Origin: Candidatus Poribacteria bacterium | GTDB lineage: Bacteria > Poribacteria > WGA-4E > PCPOR2b | NCBI GenBank assembly: GCA_965215015.1 | Contig: OZ244042.1 | Span: 4,224,001 to 4,288,000 of the forward strand | Direction of reading: 5' to 3' | Length of the DNA: 64,000 nt | Part shown: piece by piece, positions 8,758 through 19,218 of the stretch | How positions within the stretch are numbered: the first letter of the stretch is position 1 | Layout of the letters: every line of letters begins with the position of its first letter | Translations under genes and position numbers: made by a program | The notes under the pieces: model-generated | Databases searched by the model: none | The model's input: only the letters and a program-made list of their open reading frames with translations | What the model was told of the DNA's origin: nothing

Positions 8758-11211
8758 TTACACTTTACGTTTTAGCGTGAGATAGAAGCGGCTCCCTTTG
8801 CCTAATTGACTCTCTGCCCAGACCTGACCACCGTGGAGTTCGACGAGATTTTTCACTATCGGCAATCCCAAACCGATGCCTCCCCTTTTTGAGTCCGCAA
8901 CCCGATGGAAGCGGTCAAAAATGAAATCCAATTCTGTCTGGCTAATACCGATGCCCATGTCTTCGACGCAGATTTGAAGCATCTGATCCGATAGTATTGT
9001 TACACTGACCCCCACGTGCCTACCGTTTTCAGTATACTTGAGGGCGTTATCCAGCAAGTTTGTTATAATCTGCCCCACCTTGTCAGAGTCCACAAACGCA
9101 ACGACATCCAAGGCACAGTCCAAATCAACTTGGATACCTTTCCTATCTGCTATCGGCAGAATCCCCGCGATTGCCTCATCAAGAATAGGGTACAGCTCCG
9201 TTGGCTCCAGCTGCAAGGAAATCTTACCCGACTCAATCTGTGAGAGATCTAATAGGTCATTAATCAACCGGATGAGCCGATCACAATTGTCCTTCACGCG
9301 CAACAGATAGCCTGCCTGCTTATCAGAAAGCCCTCCGCCTACGCCATCAAGCAGATTATCCACAAACCCTTTGATATGGGTCAACGGCGTCCGTAGTTCG
9401 TGAGACACATTATCCAAAAATTGAGATTTGAGTGTGTCCAATTGCCTGAGTTGATCGTACGTCTCCTTGAGAGCAGCAGCGATGTTGTTAAAATCCGAGA
9501 CCAAATCGCCACTTGCAACTCTTGGTATTGTGCCACCATAAGTGTCCAGATAGGTCGTCATCAGTTGTTGCCGTGCTGTTTCCATCGCTTTTGTTCGTGC
9601 ACTTAGCTGGGCGTAGAGCATCGCATTTTCAATCGCGGTCGCCCCTTGATGGGCAAGTGTACCGAGCAGTGCCAAATCGGTTTGCGTATACGGTTCTTCC
9701 GATAACTTTTGACCGAGTACAAGCAAGCCCACTAGATTCTCGTTTTCTTTTATCCGTGTCACAAACGGAATCCACACCGCGGATTGGAGAAAGCTAATAA
9801 AATCCTCTGCCGATTCGGAGGGTGCAATGTGAATTAAATCCGGATCGAGGGGCTGATCTGAAAAATCAAGCGGTTTGTCCACCTTTTGCAGCCGTTTAAG
9901 CAGAGAGGTGGATAATGTCAATGGCAACCCATCGGGTAGCGCATCAACCCCGATAGTCGCCTCTGGAACAAATTGTGCGCCTGCCCCTGAAAGCGGGTTC
10001 GACTCACCTCCCTGATTGTATTGGGATTCAAAGTAACCCGACACACGATACATTACAACCCCGCGATTTGTATGTATCGCTTTCGTGACTTGACGGAGTA
10101 AGGTATCTACTAAAATTTCCAGATCGAGGATAGAATGGAGCGTCTGGCTCAACGCCAAAAGGGTTTGACGGTAGTTGTACGCCTCGCGGTCGAATGCCCG
10201 ATCTATCAACTTCTGAATGCGCGTCTTAGCGGGCGCGAAGAGCACAGCGGCAATAAGCACCGATATAGCTGTCACTGTTCGAGAACGCGCAGCCGTATGG
10301 AAAAACATAGTGAGTCCTTGAATACTTAACAGATAAATGCCGAGCGCAAAGCCGCTGACAAGTGTATACACAACGCTGCGATTGATAATGAGCTCGATAT
10401 TCATCAACCGGTGACGGATAATCGCTATGACATAGCAGATCGGGATGAGGCATAATGTGTAAGCCGAAAAGCGGACATAGGGAATCGAGACATCCCCAAA
10501 CTGCGGAATTGTCGTGAAAATAGCTTGGGGGAGTGTCCCCGCAGCGATACCGAGCAACAACCATCGTGCTTGACGACGTTGGGAAGCAGAAGGTGCAGCG
10601 AAACAGGTATGCAGGAGTAGCAACTGTCCAGCAATCGAATAAATAAAAAGAAACCCAGTCATGACATTTTCCAGGGGCGATAGCAGTATCATGAAAAACT
10701 CGCGGGTGTAGTCGTGCCCACGCAAATAAAAGAAAGAGATGACAAAGCACAAAGCAATCCCCGGAACGTAGAGGACTTTCAACAGCCACGCATAACGCTG
10801 GACAAACTTTTTTTCTGCTGGAAAGATAAGAAAGCAGTGGAGAAAAAGGCAGGGGGTAATTGTCGCCGATACGAACTGGCAGACTGGCACAATCCGACTG
10901 CTCAATGTGCCTTCAGTGCTTGAGAAGGTGGCGTCAACAGAGCATATACTCATGAAACCGATGCTCATCAGGTAAGAGATTCGCACCGCCCGATGCGACC
11001 CCAAAGTCTCTTCACCTCTGTTTTTTGCATCAGATTGTGATTGCTGCATCCACACGAGCGTTGCAACTACCCATGTGATGAGTCCAATCAGGTAGAAGTA
11101 GCCGGTTTCAGGTGTATCGGGTGCTCTAGCGAAACTCCGTGCGCCGACGATGAGGTATACGCCTGACGCAAGAATATAGAGAATGGTGGTCAGGTCGCGT
11201 TGGATTTTCAT
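8758..11211 (-). CDS. Multi-TM sensor histidine kinase with GAF domain
   Basis: About 8-9 N-terminal TM helices, a GAF-like region, H-box VSHELRTPL, N-box NLLDNALKY, and G-boxes DMGIGI and GIGLGL. Confidence 0.9.
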   Translation of the reverse strand: MKIQRDLTTILYILASGVYLIVGARSFARAPDTPETGYFYLIGLITWVVATLVWMQQSQSDAKNRGEETLGSHRAVRISYLMSIGFMSICSVDATFSSTEGTLSSRIVPVCQFVSATITPCLFLHCFLIFPAEKKFVQRYAWLLKVLYVPGIALCFVISFFYLRGHDYTREFFMILLSPLENVMTGFLFIYSIAGQLLLLHTCFAAPSASQRRQARWLLLGIAAGTLPQAIFTTIPQFGDVSIPYVRFSAYTLCLIPICYVIAIIRHRLMNIELIINRSVVYTLVSGFALGIYLLSIQGLTMFFHTAARSRTVTAISVLIAAVLFAPAKTRIQKLIDRAFDREAYNYRQTLLALSQTLHSILDLEILVDTLLRQVTKAIHTNRGVVMYRVSGYFESQYNQGGESNPLSGAGAQFVPEATIGVDALPDGLPLTLSTSLLKRLQKVDKPLDFSDQPLDPDLIHIAPSESAEDFISFLQSAVWIPFVTRIKENENLVGLLVLGQKLSEEPYTQTDLALLGTLAHQGATAIENAMLYAQLSARTKAMETARQQLMTTYLDTYGGTIPRVASGDLVSDFNNIAAALKETYDQLRQLDTLKSQFLDNVSHELRTPLTHIKGFVDNLLDGVGGGLSDKQAGYLLRVKDNCDRLIRLINDLLDLSQIESGKISLQLEPTELYPILDEAIAGILPIADRKGIQVDLDCALDVVAFVDSDKVGQIITNLLDNALKYTENGRHVGVSVTILSDQMLQICVEDMGIGISQTELDFIFDRFHRVADSKRGGIGLGLPIVKNLVELHGGQVWAESQLGKGSRFYLTLKRKV

Positions 11212-11332
11212 TTAAGTCTTTCCCCAGTAGCACCCCACCCCAAACTGAGGGGACGCCCACGCCTCCCTTATGGTGTAGGTTGATTATTTTTGGGGATAAG
11301 TCGTTACTGGCTTTTAATAAAACTCAAAGCCG

Positions 11333-11586
11333 CACTCCCCTCAGCCCCCCCGCAAGTGGAGGGAAGGGGAACGCAAAAAAAAGAAAACGAGAGAAATGGC
11401 TTCCCCCGTGCCCCCTCGTCAGAGAAGGAGGGGGCGTTTCTTAGTTCCAATCCCGATGAAACCGTGAATCCCCGATGCCGTAAGCATTCCCTTGGGAGAG
11501 CAACAGCATCGGGTCTGGTGCCTCCTCCCCCTTACCCCCCTCGAATCCCCCCGCAAGCGGAGGGACGCAGGGGGGTAAGGGGGAGG
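11333..11586. repeat. GC-rich palindromic repeat cluster
   Basis: Two CCCCCCGCAAGYGGAGGG units. The second lies inside CCTCCCCCTTACCCCC...GGGGGTAAGGGGGAGG. A related unit occurs near 61049. Confidence 0.55.
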
Positions 11587-11632
11587 CGACTTGGCGTTAA
11601 ATTTAGAGAAAAGCCAATAACTACTCATTGCG

Positions 11633-12190
11633 TTATTTTTTTAGCCCTGCTTCCAGATAAGATTGATAATACACAAGGTCAGGTGTCACGGCATCCGGAT
11701 CCTTGCCTATCTCATCATATCGACGCAGCCGCACCGCGTCAGCGAAATGGGGTAAGGCTTCAAATACTTTGACTTCCGTTTCCGTTAGTGGGCCACCCTG
11801 CAGTTCCAAACTTCTAACCGAGACGGGGGATAGCTTATTGAAATAGCTCGGTTCCACAGCACAGAGATATCGTTTCGCAGGCACATGCAATCGCGCGGGT
11901 TCCGTAACGGCTCGAACAAAGTACGGCTCTAAAAGCGCAGCGGCAAGCTCTTCATGCTTGTCATCTATCCCGCGTGCTACAACCTCTTGGGGCAGATCGT
12001 GAACTAGATGACCGTAGTCGTGCAGGATAGCAGCCGCTATTAACGTATCGCTAGCACCATCCTTCTCAGCAGCGTGGGCGGTTTGTAACGCGTGCTGCCG
12101 TTGCGTGACCTGTTCGCCACCTTCATAGAGCTCGTTGCCGTGTTTCTGAAACGCTTCAAAGATCTCGTTAATAATATTCGTTTTGCTCAC
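11633..12190 (-). CDS. PhnZ/TmpB-like HD-domain diiron oxygenase
   Basis: E-x-VTQRQHALQ, LHDYGH, DDKHE, LHVPAKRYL, SLELQGG, LRRYDEIGK. GTG start with RBS. Confidence 0.85.
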   Translation of the reverse strand: MSKTNIINEIFEAFQKHGNELYEGGEQVTQRQHALQTAHAAEKDGASDTLIAAAILHDYGHLVHDLPQEVVARGIDDKHEELAAALLEPYFVRAVTEPARLHVPAKRYLCAVEPSYFNKLSPVSVRSLELQGGPLTETEVKVFEALPHFADAVRLRRYDEIGKDPDAVTPDLVYYQSYLEAGLKK

Positions 12191-12235
12191 TCTCCTATCC
12201 TTCCGCGTGAAAAATGGGGAAGTTTATGTTTTCCG

Positions 12236-13282
12236 TTAAAACACAATCTCCCGCTCAGTTCTCGCTGATTCATAGCAGCCATCGATTAGTTTTTGTAGAT
12301 TCAGTAGCTGCCGACGATCCTGCATTGACCAAGGACGCCCAGTCCGCAAATGTTCGATAATGTCTGCGTCTTGGTTTCGGATGCTCTCGCCCCAACCACT
12401 GCTCTCCTGCAATTCCGGGGTTTTATCGACAACCTCTCCGTTTTCGTCAACTGTTACAATGAACGGATCACTGTTGAGTTTACCTTTGGTTGTAACCATC
12501 TCGAAGTGGTGAGGTGGGGGACGGTCATCACACCAGTTTCCCTCTAACACGCAGATAGAACCATTATCAAACCGAACAAGCGCGGTGAACAAATCTTCAA
12601 CATTGAACCGTTCCCTTATCTCCGGTGAGGCGATGGGGCCACGCTTTCCGGGAAACAAGCACCGCATGGAGGCACTTACCGAGACCGGATTCGGGGAACC
12701 TCCCACCCAGATGGCAAGGTCTAACGCGTGTATCAGTGTGGAAGCGAGGACACCACCGGCAGAGCTGCTCAGATAATAGTGAGGCCCCCACCAAGGTGGA
12801 TTGACGTGACACCCCCAAACTTTGCAGAACACGGGCGTTCCGACCGCGCCGGACGCCACTAAATCGTGGAGGCAACGGGAGGTGCCCATATATCGCATAT
12901 TCGTGCCAAGCTGCACCTGACGATCAAGCCGCTCCGCCGTATCAAGCACTGCTTCTGCCTCCTCCAAATTCCTCATGAACGGCTTTTCGCACAGCACATC
13001 CGCTCCCGCTTCCAGTGCCGCAAGTGCCATCTGTTCATGAGTGTTCGGCATCGTAGCAACAATCACCAAGTCAAGCTCACCGGGCGCGAGCATCTTCTTG
13101 AAATCATCAGTTGCCTGTGCTTGGGGCCACACCTCCTTTGCATTCTGCAGCCGTTCGGAACTTAGGTCACAGAACGCACTCACGATAGCGATTTCTGTAC
13201 TCAATTCCTTAATAACTCTTAGGTGATTTTGACCCTGCGCTCCGCAACCAATCACACCAACCCGTATCGGTGGATCTATCAT
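12236..13282 (-). CDS. Gfo/Idh/MocA family oxidoreductase
   Basis: GVIGCGAQG Rossmann motif, VLCEKP and GGVL...IHALD. RBS GAGGAG precedes ATG 13282. Confidence 0.9.
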   Translation of the reverse strand: MIDPPIRVGVIGCGAQGQNHLRVIKELSTEIAIVSAFCDLSSERLQNAKEVWPQAQATDDFKKMLAPGELDLVIVATMPNTHEQMALAALEAGADVLCEKPFMRNLEEAEAVLDTAERLDRQVQLGTNMRYMGTSRCLHDLVASGAVGTPVFCKVWGCHVNPPWWGPHYYLSSSAGGVLASTLIHALDLAIWVGGSPNPVSVSASMRCLFPGKRGPIASPEIRERFNVEDLFTALVRFDNGSICVLEGNWCDDRPPPHHFEMVTTKGKLNSDPFIVTVDENGEVVDKTPELQESSGWGESIRNQDADIIEHLRTGRPWSMQDRRQLLNLQKLIDGCYESARTEREIVF

Positions 13283-13391
13283 ATCTACTCCTCTTCGCAA
13301 AATTGTTTACTGTAGTTCTTCATCTTTTAACCTGCGGATGATTTTATTGTCGTTGGGATATTTCGTTTTCACCGACTTTTACCGGTCGCTG

Positions 13392-14186
13392 TTACCCCGT
13401 CCAATTTTCACACCCTCGGAAAGCCATATGGAATTCCTCTACATACTTCGGACGGGGTACGTAATCATTCACGCCGGGGACAATCTCACCACGTAACAGA
13501 AAAGCACAGGGCCAAGGCTCCTTCGAGGTTATTTGTGTGCTTGTCGGGATGTAGCGAATAGTCAAGCCACATCGCCGCTCCGCAGAGGTATTCGAGTTGG
13601 ATCCGTGAATGATGTTTGGGTGATGCACTGAAACATCACCGGCTTTCATCACAAAGTCAACTGCTTTGGATTCATCGACCAAAGTGGGATCTATGTGTGA
13701 GCTGAGAACATTAGGGAAATCAGTGCTGCGCTGCATTTCATGGAGTTCCATTCGGTGTGTGCCGGGAATAACGCGCATGCAACCGTTAGTCGGAGTCGAA
13801 TCATCGACAGCAACCCATAGCGTAACAACTTCCATCGGTGCCAGGGGCCAATAGCTGCCATCCTGGTGCCAAAGCACAGGTCTCCCGTCAGTGGGCGGCT
13901 TGCTGATATAGTGGGATGCAAACAAAGCGATGTTAGGGCCGATAAAGATTTCTGCAATATCAAGCAGTCGAGAATCACTAATCAGCCGGACCCAGAACGG
14001 ATCTTCTCTGACAAGCCCATGGTGTAGATGTTCAGGGCGTAATTCTGGATTCTTCTCAAGCAGCCAATTAACATGATTGCTTGTCTCTTGAATTAAGTCT
14101 GAGTCCAAAACGTCTCGAAAAATTGCATAGCCATCGCGTTCATATTGATGTTGAACGAGGGAGCGTTCGTTCGATGAATTGTCCAT
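13392..14186 (-). CDS. Phytanoyl-CoA dioxygenase (PhyH) family Fe(II)/2OG dioxygenase
   Basis: WHQD...HGS facial triad, NGCMRVIPGTH and R-x-GLTIRY. Confidence 0.9.
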   Translation of the reverse strand: MDNSSNERSLVQHQYERDGYAIFRDVLDSDLIQETSNHVNWLLEKNPELRPEHLHHGLVREDPFWVRLISDSRLLDIAEIFIGPNIALFASHYISKPPTDGRPVLWHQDGSYWPLAPMEVVTLWVAVDDSTPTNGCMRVIPGTHRMELHEMQRSTDFPNVLSSHIDPTLVDESKAVDFVMKAGDVSVHHPNIIHGSNSNTSAERRCGLTIRYIPTSTQITSKEPWPCAFLLRGEIVPGVNDYVPRPKYVEEFHMAFRGCENWTG

Positions 14187-14360
14187 CTGATTTCCTTTCG
14201 AGATAGGTGTTGGGGCTTAAACATCAGGCATAAGTTGTCCTCACCCAAGCAGGCGGCCCTCATTTTAGCACGAATTCGCGCGTGATGTAAAGTCAACTTT
14301 TGCAATTGGGAGGGGCATTTAGTTCTCTTGTAGGCGGGATCTCCGAATCCCGACTTCAAG

Positions 14361-14834
14361 TTAATGGCTGGATTCCTTTTTCTCAATCGGAACCTGCATC
14401 AACTCTAAGATAAAACCATCTGGGTCCTTGAAGAACACTACATATACGATCCCCCATTCCAAGTCAAAGCTAACCGGCTCCGACACAAATTCGACTCCCT
14501 TTGCTTTCAGATCTTGATAGGCAGCCCAAACGTCCGGTACACCAAAGCAGAAATGCGAGTGAGCAACATCCCCTAATTGTGCATCGGCCACTTTGCCTTC
14601 GGGCGCGACGTATTGCTGCAGGTCGAGCATGACTCCCGGCGTTTGGGGTGCTTCTAACCGTACCACTTCCATAATTACATCCGGCTTGCCCGCCATTTTC
14701 GAGATAGTTTCACCCTCTAGGTGATGCCGTTCGACCTCTTTCAGTCCAAGCAGATCGCAGTAAAATGCTAATGAACGTTCCATATCACTGACTGTTACCG
14801 ATACATGCTCTAGAATGTTGACAGAATTAATCAT
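14361..14834 (-). CDS. VOC/glyoxalase family protein
   Basis: HVSVTVSDMERSLAFYCDLLG, HFCFGV and FFKDPDGFILEL. Confidence 0.9.
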   Translation of the reverse strand: MINSVNILEHVSVTVSDMERSLAFYCDLLGLKEVERHHLEGETISKMAGKPDVIMEVVRLEAPQTPGVMLDLQQYVAPEGKVADAQLGDVAHSHFCFGVPDVWAAYQDLKAKGVEFVSEPVSFDLEWGIVYVVFFKDPDGFILELMQVPIEKKESSH

Positions 14835-14918
14835 GTGACGCCTCTTTCATATCGCGTTATACGCGAATTAAATAAAAAAAACACTTCTCATATTGAGTAT
14901 GCCTTCTTGGAATTGTGG

Positions 14919-14947
14919 TTGCAGGCAGGGAAAATCTTGAGTATAAT
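14919..14947 (+). promoter_or_regulatory. Putative sigma-70 promoter
   Basis: TTGCAG-17 bp-TATAAT. Confidence 0.55.
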
Positions 14948-15225
14948 AAAGTTACCAGTAGTAGGCATACCCAATATGCCGTAACCTTCGTTAGATTAGC
15001 CCAAGTTGCTAGGTATTGAAAAGTCATCGGTTTTCCCGTAGGGGTGGGGCCTCTCGTCTATCAAGGGCTCTATCTTTTACTCCAGTTTTGAATCCCGAAG
15101 ATATCAACGGGTTGCGCTACAAGCTATAGACTCAATTCACCAAACATTGTAATACAACACCCTAGGACAGAACCATTAGGTGGCAACTGTGCGTTTCTAT
15201 ATCTTTCGACAAAGGAATATAAACC

Positions 15226-15714
15226 GTGCGATTTCGACGCAAAGAGAAACATGCAAGCGATCCCTCACCTACCAATCAACACACTGAGGTGCCCCAACCC
15301 CACCTTCAGGCACATAAATATAGCATCGAGTTTGATATTTCTCCAGAAATATCTTATTTGAATGATTCGCTCACCCGACTACTACCCGAATTTTTGCCCC
15401 TATTTGAAGGGTTCCCCGAAAGGGTCTGGATCTCGCAGCAAGCCGTTGAAGAGGGGCTTGATTTCTGTCAAGTGACTTTCTGGGTTTTTGCCGAAGAAAC
15501 CGACGCTATCAAGGCGTTTTCTATCTGGTTTCAGGCGTTTTTGAGAGACGAGCGGCTCATCTCGCTTCTAGAACGTTTCGTTAAGCATGCACTCGATGAC
15601 CCTGACGAAATAGAGGTTGTCCTCATGGATTGGGCACGGATTCATGTGACAGAGGCAGAGGCACGACAAGCTGCCGAGAAGGAACACCAACCTAGCCCAT
15701 CAGCAGCCGTGTAG
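15226..15714 (+). CDS. Hypothetical protein
   Basis: 162-aa ORF with GTG start after AAGGA. No family recognised. Confidence 0.6.
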   Translation: MRFRRKEKHASDPSPTNQHTEVPQPHLQAHKYSIEFDISPEISYLNDSLTRLLPEFLPLFEGFPERVWISQQAVEEGLDFCQVTFWVFAEETDAIKAFSIWFQAFLRDERLISLLERFVKHALDDPDEIEVVLMDWARIHVTEAEARQAAEKEHQPSPSAAV

Positions 15715-15728
15715 CAGGAAAAACGGCG

Positions 15729-15757
15729 TTGACAAACCATACCACAAGTGCTATACT
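15729..15757 (+). promoter_or_regulatory. Near-consensus sigma-70 promoter upstream of the lolA-pgsA-thpR-recA-rtcA run
   Basis: TTGACA-17 bp-TATACT with an extended -10 TG. Confidence 0.7.
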
Positions 15758-16030
15758 GCTAGCGTTGTATTCCATAAACAGCACTTACGCCCCCCAGATT
15801 GCAGTTGTGCTGGACATATAATACGTAATGCGTGATGCGTCATATCAACGATTCTCTTGCACATTACCCGTTACGCGCTATTTTGTTATATTGAATGGAC
15901 GAACTACAAGTCATCAAATGTGCAACGACGTGAGGCACAATAAATTGATTGAAGCTTGTAATAAGAAATCATTGTTTATCTGCATTGCAAAGGAGTGCGG
16001 CTTGGATGAAATCCATATCGCGAAGAGATA

Positions 16031-16741
16031 ATGAAACGGTTCTACTTCCTTTACATTTTTACGTTCCTATTAATCATCGCTGTAAGCAACGCGTCTGCCG
16101 ATACTATCGAGAAGGTGTTTCAGAACTTCAAGACGGCTTACGAAAAATCTAAAAACTTTAGTGCTGACTTTGAGGAAACCACATTGCAAGCCGGGAATAA
16201 AGGTATCGCACGTGGACGCTTGATGTTTAGCCAACCGAACCTGCTGCGCAAGGAATATGTCAGCCATAAAAATCCGGCACAACTAGCACAGCTCATTGTG
16301 CTCGATGGTGAATATTCCTGGGCATATACGCCGCTACTCAGCCAAGTTAATAAGATGAAATGGGGCAGCTCCAACCGCAAGGAGCTATTACCGGGGCTTG
16401 GAGCGTCGTTAGATGAGGCTGCCGAAAAATTCAACATGCAGCTGGTGCCCGATGAGGTGGCAAACCCAAAGGGCATCTACCGGATCAAGCTAACCCCCAA
16501 GCCGCAGATACCCCCTGCTCTTAAAGCTGATATACCTCGCGAAATTATTGAGATATGGGTTAGATCCGATGAATGGTTGCCTGTCCAATTCGGTTATCAA
16601 TCCGAAAGTAATAATGAAGGCAGTATAAGCGTCATTGTTGCGTTTGCTAACATCCAGCGTGACATAGAAATGGACACTGATTTATTCAAATTTGTTATTC
16701 CTGACGGAGCTGAAGTCATTGACCTCTCCGCGAATAAATAA
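16031..16741 (+). CDS. lolA: Outer-membrane lipoprotein carrier LolA family protein
   Basis: Signal peptide, FSADFEE, GRLMFSQPNLLRKEY, DGEYSWAYTP and C-terminal FKFVIPDGAEVID. Confidence 0.75.
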   Translation: MKRFYFLYIFTFLLIIAVSNASADTIEKVFQNFKTAYEKSKNFSADFEETTLQAGNKGIARGRLMFSQPNLLRKEYVSHKNPAQLAQLIVLDGEYSWAYTPLLSQVNKMKWGSSNRKELLPGLGASLDEAAEKFNMQLVPDEVANPKGIYRIKLTPKPQIPPALKADIPREIIEIWVRSDEWLPVQFGYQSESNNEGSISVIVAFANIQRDIEMDTDLFKFVIPDGAEVIDLSANK

Positions 16742-16832
16742 AAGGTAAGACAATAATTTTGACAAACACTTTACCTGCCAGCTAGCAATCAAATTTTCCC
16801 CAAAGGACATTTTAAAAAGGAAAATCAAGTGT

Positions 16833-17459
16833 ATGAATTTCCATAACCTGATGCGCCTTGCGAATTACTTAACGATTGCACGCATCCTCCTCATCCCTTT
16901 CTTCATGCTTTCTTTTCGATATGAACACATGTTACCTGCGCTTATTATTTTCTGTGTAGCAGCCATTACAGATTATCTGGATGGCGTGATCGCCCGCAAA
17001 CAGGGGACAACGAGTTTTGGCAAATTTATGGATCCGCTCGCAGATAAGCTGCTCGTCGGTGCAGCACTGATTTGTCTGACACGCTTTAAGGGTGGATTGA
17101 TTCCGGGGTGGATGGTGCTAATCATTATAGGCCGCGAGGTAGTCATCACGACCCTACGCTTGAGCTTCGTTAGGCGATACGGTACGGTGATCGCAGCAAG
17201 CAAATGGGGAAAATATAAAACATCTTCACAAATGATTGTCATTATCATTAGCCTCGTTTTACTCGTCAGTCAGGAATATAGCCGATTGTTGAATCTAGCG
17301 GTAGATTTCGTCATTCAACCCCGGGGACCGATTTACTTTATGATGTACATTCCCTTGGGGCTTACGGTGATTTCAGGATTAGAGTTTCTATACAACAACC
17401 GCAAAGGACTTTATGAGTTGATGAGATCCCCGGACACTTACACAGATGATGACATATAG
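16833..17459 (+). CDS. pgsA: CDP-diacylglycerol--glycerol-3-phosphate 3-phosphatidyltransferase
   Basis: TDYLDGVIARK...GKFMDPLADK CDP-alcohol phosphotransferase signature. Confidence 0.9.
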   Translation: MNFHNLMRLANYLTIARILLIPFFMLSFRYEHMLPALIIFCVAAITDYLDGVIARKQGTTSFGKFMDPLADKLLVGAALICLTRFKGGLIPGWMVLIIIGREVVITTLRLSFVRRYGTVIAASKWGKYKTSSQMIVIIISLVLLVSQEYSRLLNLAVDFVIQPRGPIYFMMYIPLGLTVISGLEFLYNNRKGLYELMRSPDTYTDDDI

Positions 17460-17547
17460 TAAAATACTCCCAAAGTGATGTGGGTTGGATTGAACGGGCC
17501 CGTGAAACTCAAAACCCCATCTATTGAACCAATGAACTAATAAACTA

Positions 17548-18117
17548 ATGAACCAATCTATTCGATGTTTCATCGCAATCGAAATGCCAGAGCCAATCCA
17601 GAACCAGTTGGTTCATATCCAAGGTACGTTACAAAAACATATTCAAAAAGCATCTTGGGTGAAACTGGGTAACATTCATCTAACGTTGAAGTTCTTAGGG
17701 GATGTTGATCCCGATGACTTGGAATCCATCAGGGAGGCAATCGAGGCGACGACCAACCGTCATCGCAGTTTTTCGTTGCACATCGGCGGCGTTGGGGCAT
17801 TCCCCAACCTCGCACGTCCGAGAGTAATATGGGCGGGTGTAAAAATTGGAGCAGAACGCGTATCTGCTCTCGCCCAAGACATCAACGTCGCACTCAGTCA
17901 CTGTGGATTCGCGCTCGACACCAAGAAATTCAATCCCCATTTAACAATCGCCCGGCTGAAAGAGCGAATAGACCTCAGGCCTTACACAAACCAGTATCGT
18001 CAATATGATCGCATTCATGGGACGGGGATGACCGTCGATGCAATCTCGCTTATCCAAAGTCAGCTTCACCCCAACGGAGCAATCTATTCAACTTTACAAT
18101 CTTACTTACTCGCATAA
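17548..18117 (+). CDS. thpR: RNA 2',3'-cyclic phosphodiesterase (2H family, LigT)
   Basis: RCFIAI plus two HxT motifs (HLTLKFLG, PHLTIAR). Confidence 0.9.
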   Translation: MNQSIRCFIAIEMPEPIQNQLVHIQGTLQKHIQKASWVKLGNIHLTLKFLGDVDPDDLESIREAIEATTNRHRSFSLHIGGVGAFPNLARPRVIWAGVKIGAERVSALAQDINVALSHCGFALDTKKFNPHLTIARLKERIDLRPYTNQYRQYDRIHGTGMTVDAISLIQSQLHPNGAIYSTLQSYLLA

Positions 18118-18147
18118 CGTTGAAGATGCAATCAAAGGAGATTTAGT

Positions 18148-19197
18148 ATGGCACCAGACGATAGAAACAAAGCAATTGATTCTGCAATCTCGCAGATTGA
18201 ACGGCAGCACGGTAAAGGCGCGATCATGCGTTTTAGCAGTGAAGATATTCTACCCGTTGAGGTCATTCCAACCGGTTCGCTCGCGCTAGACATCGCGCTT
18301 GGCGTTGGTGGCGTGCCCCGTGGGCGAATTATAGAGATTTTTGGACATGAATCCAGTGGCAAAACGACACTCGCCTTACACATCCTCGCTGAAGCTCAAA
18401 AGATGGGCGGCACTGCTGCGTTTGTTGATGTTGAGCACGCCATTGATCCAATGTATGCCAAACAGATTGGCGTCGATATGGAGCACCTACTCATATCTCA
18501 ACCGGACACAGGCGAGCAGGCGTTAGAAATTGTTGAAACCTTAGTGCGTAGCAATGCCATCGATGTAGTTGTAATTGACTCTGTAGCAGCACTTACGCCC
18601 CAAGCAGAAATTGAGGGCGAAATGGGTGACGCACATGTCGGTTTATTGCCGCGTTTGATGTCCAAAGCATTGCGAAAACTCTCTGGGGTGGCGAGCAAAT
18701 CGAAAGCCTGCATTATTTTCACCAATCAGATTCGTCAAAAGATTGGCGTTATGTTTGGTAATCCAGAAACCACGCCGGGTGGACTCGCACTCAAGTTCCA
18801 CGCTTCGGTTCGACTTGAGATTCGACGGGCGGAAACCCTCAAGGAAGGGGACGAAATGGTTGGGAATCGCATCCGTGTTAAAGTTGCCAAAAACAAAGTC
18901 GCTCCTCCCTTTACGCAAGCTGAATTTGAGATGACCTTCGGGGAAGGTATTTCTAAGCTCGGCGACCTGCTTGACGTAGCGACAGATCAAGATATCATAC
19001 AAAAGAGCGGCTCATGGTTCTCTTATAACAATGAACGTCTCGGCCAGGGCAGAAATAATGCGAAAGAATACCTCATCCAACATCCGGAGATTATTGACGA
19101 AGTTGAAATCAAAGTTCGAGAGAATCTTGGCATTTATGCCCAATCCGCTCCTGCATCGATCGCCGATGTTGACCCTGACGAGACTGATAAGGAGTAG
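18148..19197 (+). CDS. recA: Recombinase RecA
   Basis: [34 protein letters not shown] and KNKVAPPF. Confidence 0.98.
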   Translation: MAPDDRNKAIDSAISQIERQHGKGAIMRFSSEDILPVEVIPTGSLALDIALGVGGVPRGRIIEIFGHESSGKTTLALHILAEAQKMGGTAAFVDVEHAIDPMYAKQIGVDMEHLLISQPDTGEQALEIVETLVRSNAIDVVVIDSVAALTPQAEIEGEMGDAHVGLLPRLMSKALRKLSGVASKSKACIIFTNQIRQKIGVMFGNPETTPGGLALKFHASVRLEIRRAETLKEGDEMVGNRIRVKVAKNKVAPPFTQAEFEMTFGEGISKLGDLLDVATDQDIIQKSGSWFSYNNERLGQGRNNAKEYLIQHPEIIDEVEIKVRENLGIYAQSAPASIADVDPDETDKE

Positions 19198-19218
19198 GTA
19201 CCATTTGCTTCCAATTCT

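Noticed and set aside
11290-11772. 160-aa plus-strand ORF
   Set aside because: It is a translation of GC-rich palindromic repeats and overlaps the HD gene antisense.
17526-17557. Short tandem 8-mers (AATGAACT/AATGAACC), also near 46187-46210, as LexA boxes
   Set aside because: They recur at an unrelated locus and look like the genome's short tandem repeats. Nothing links them to SOS control.
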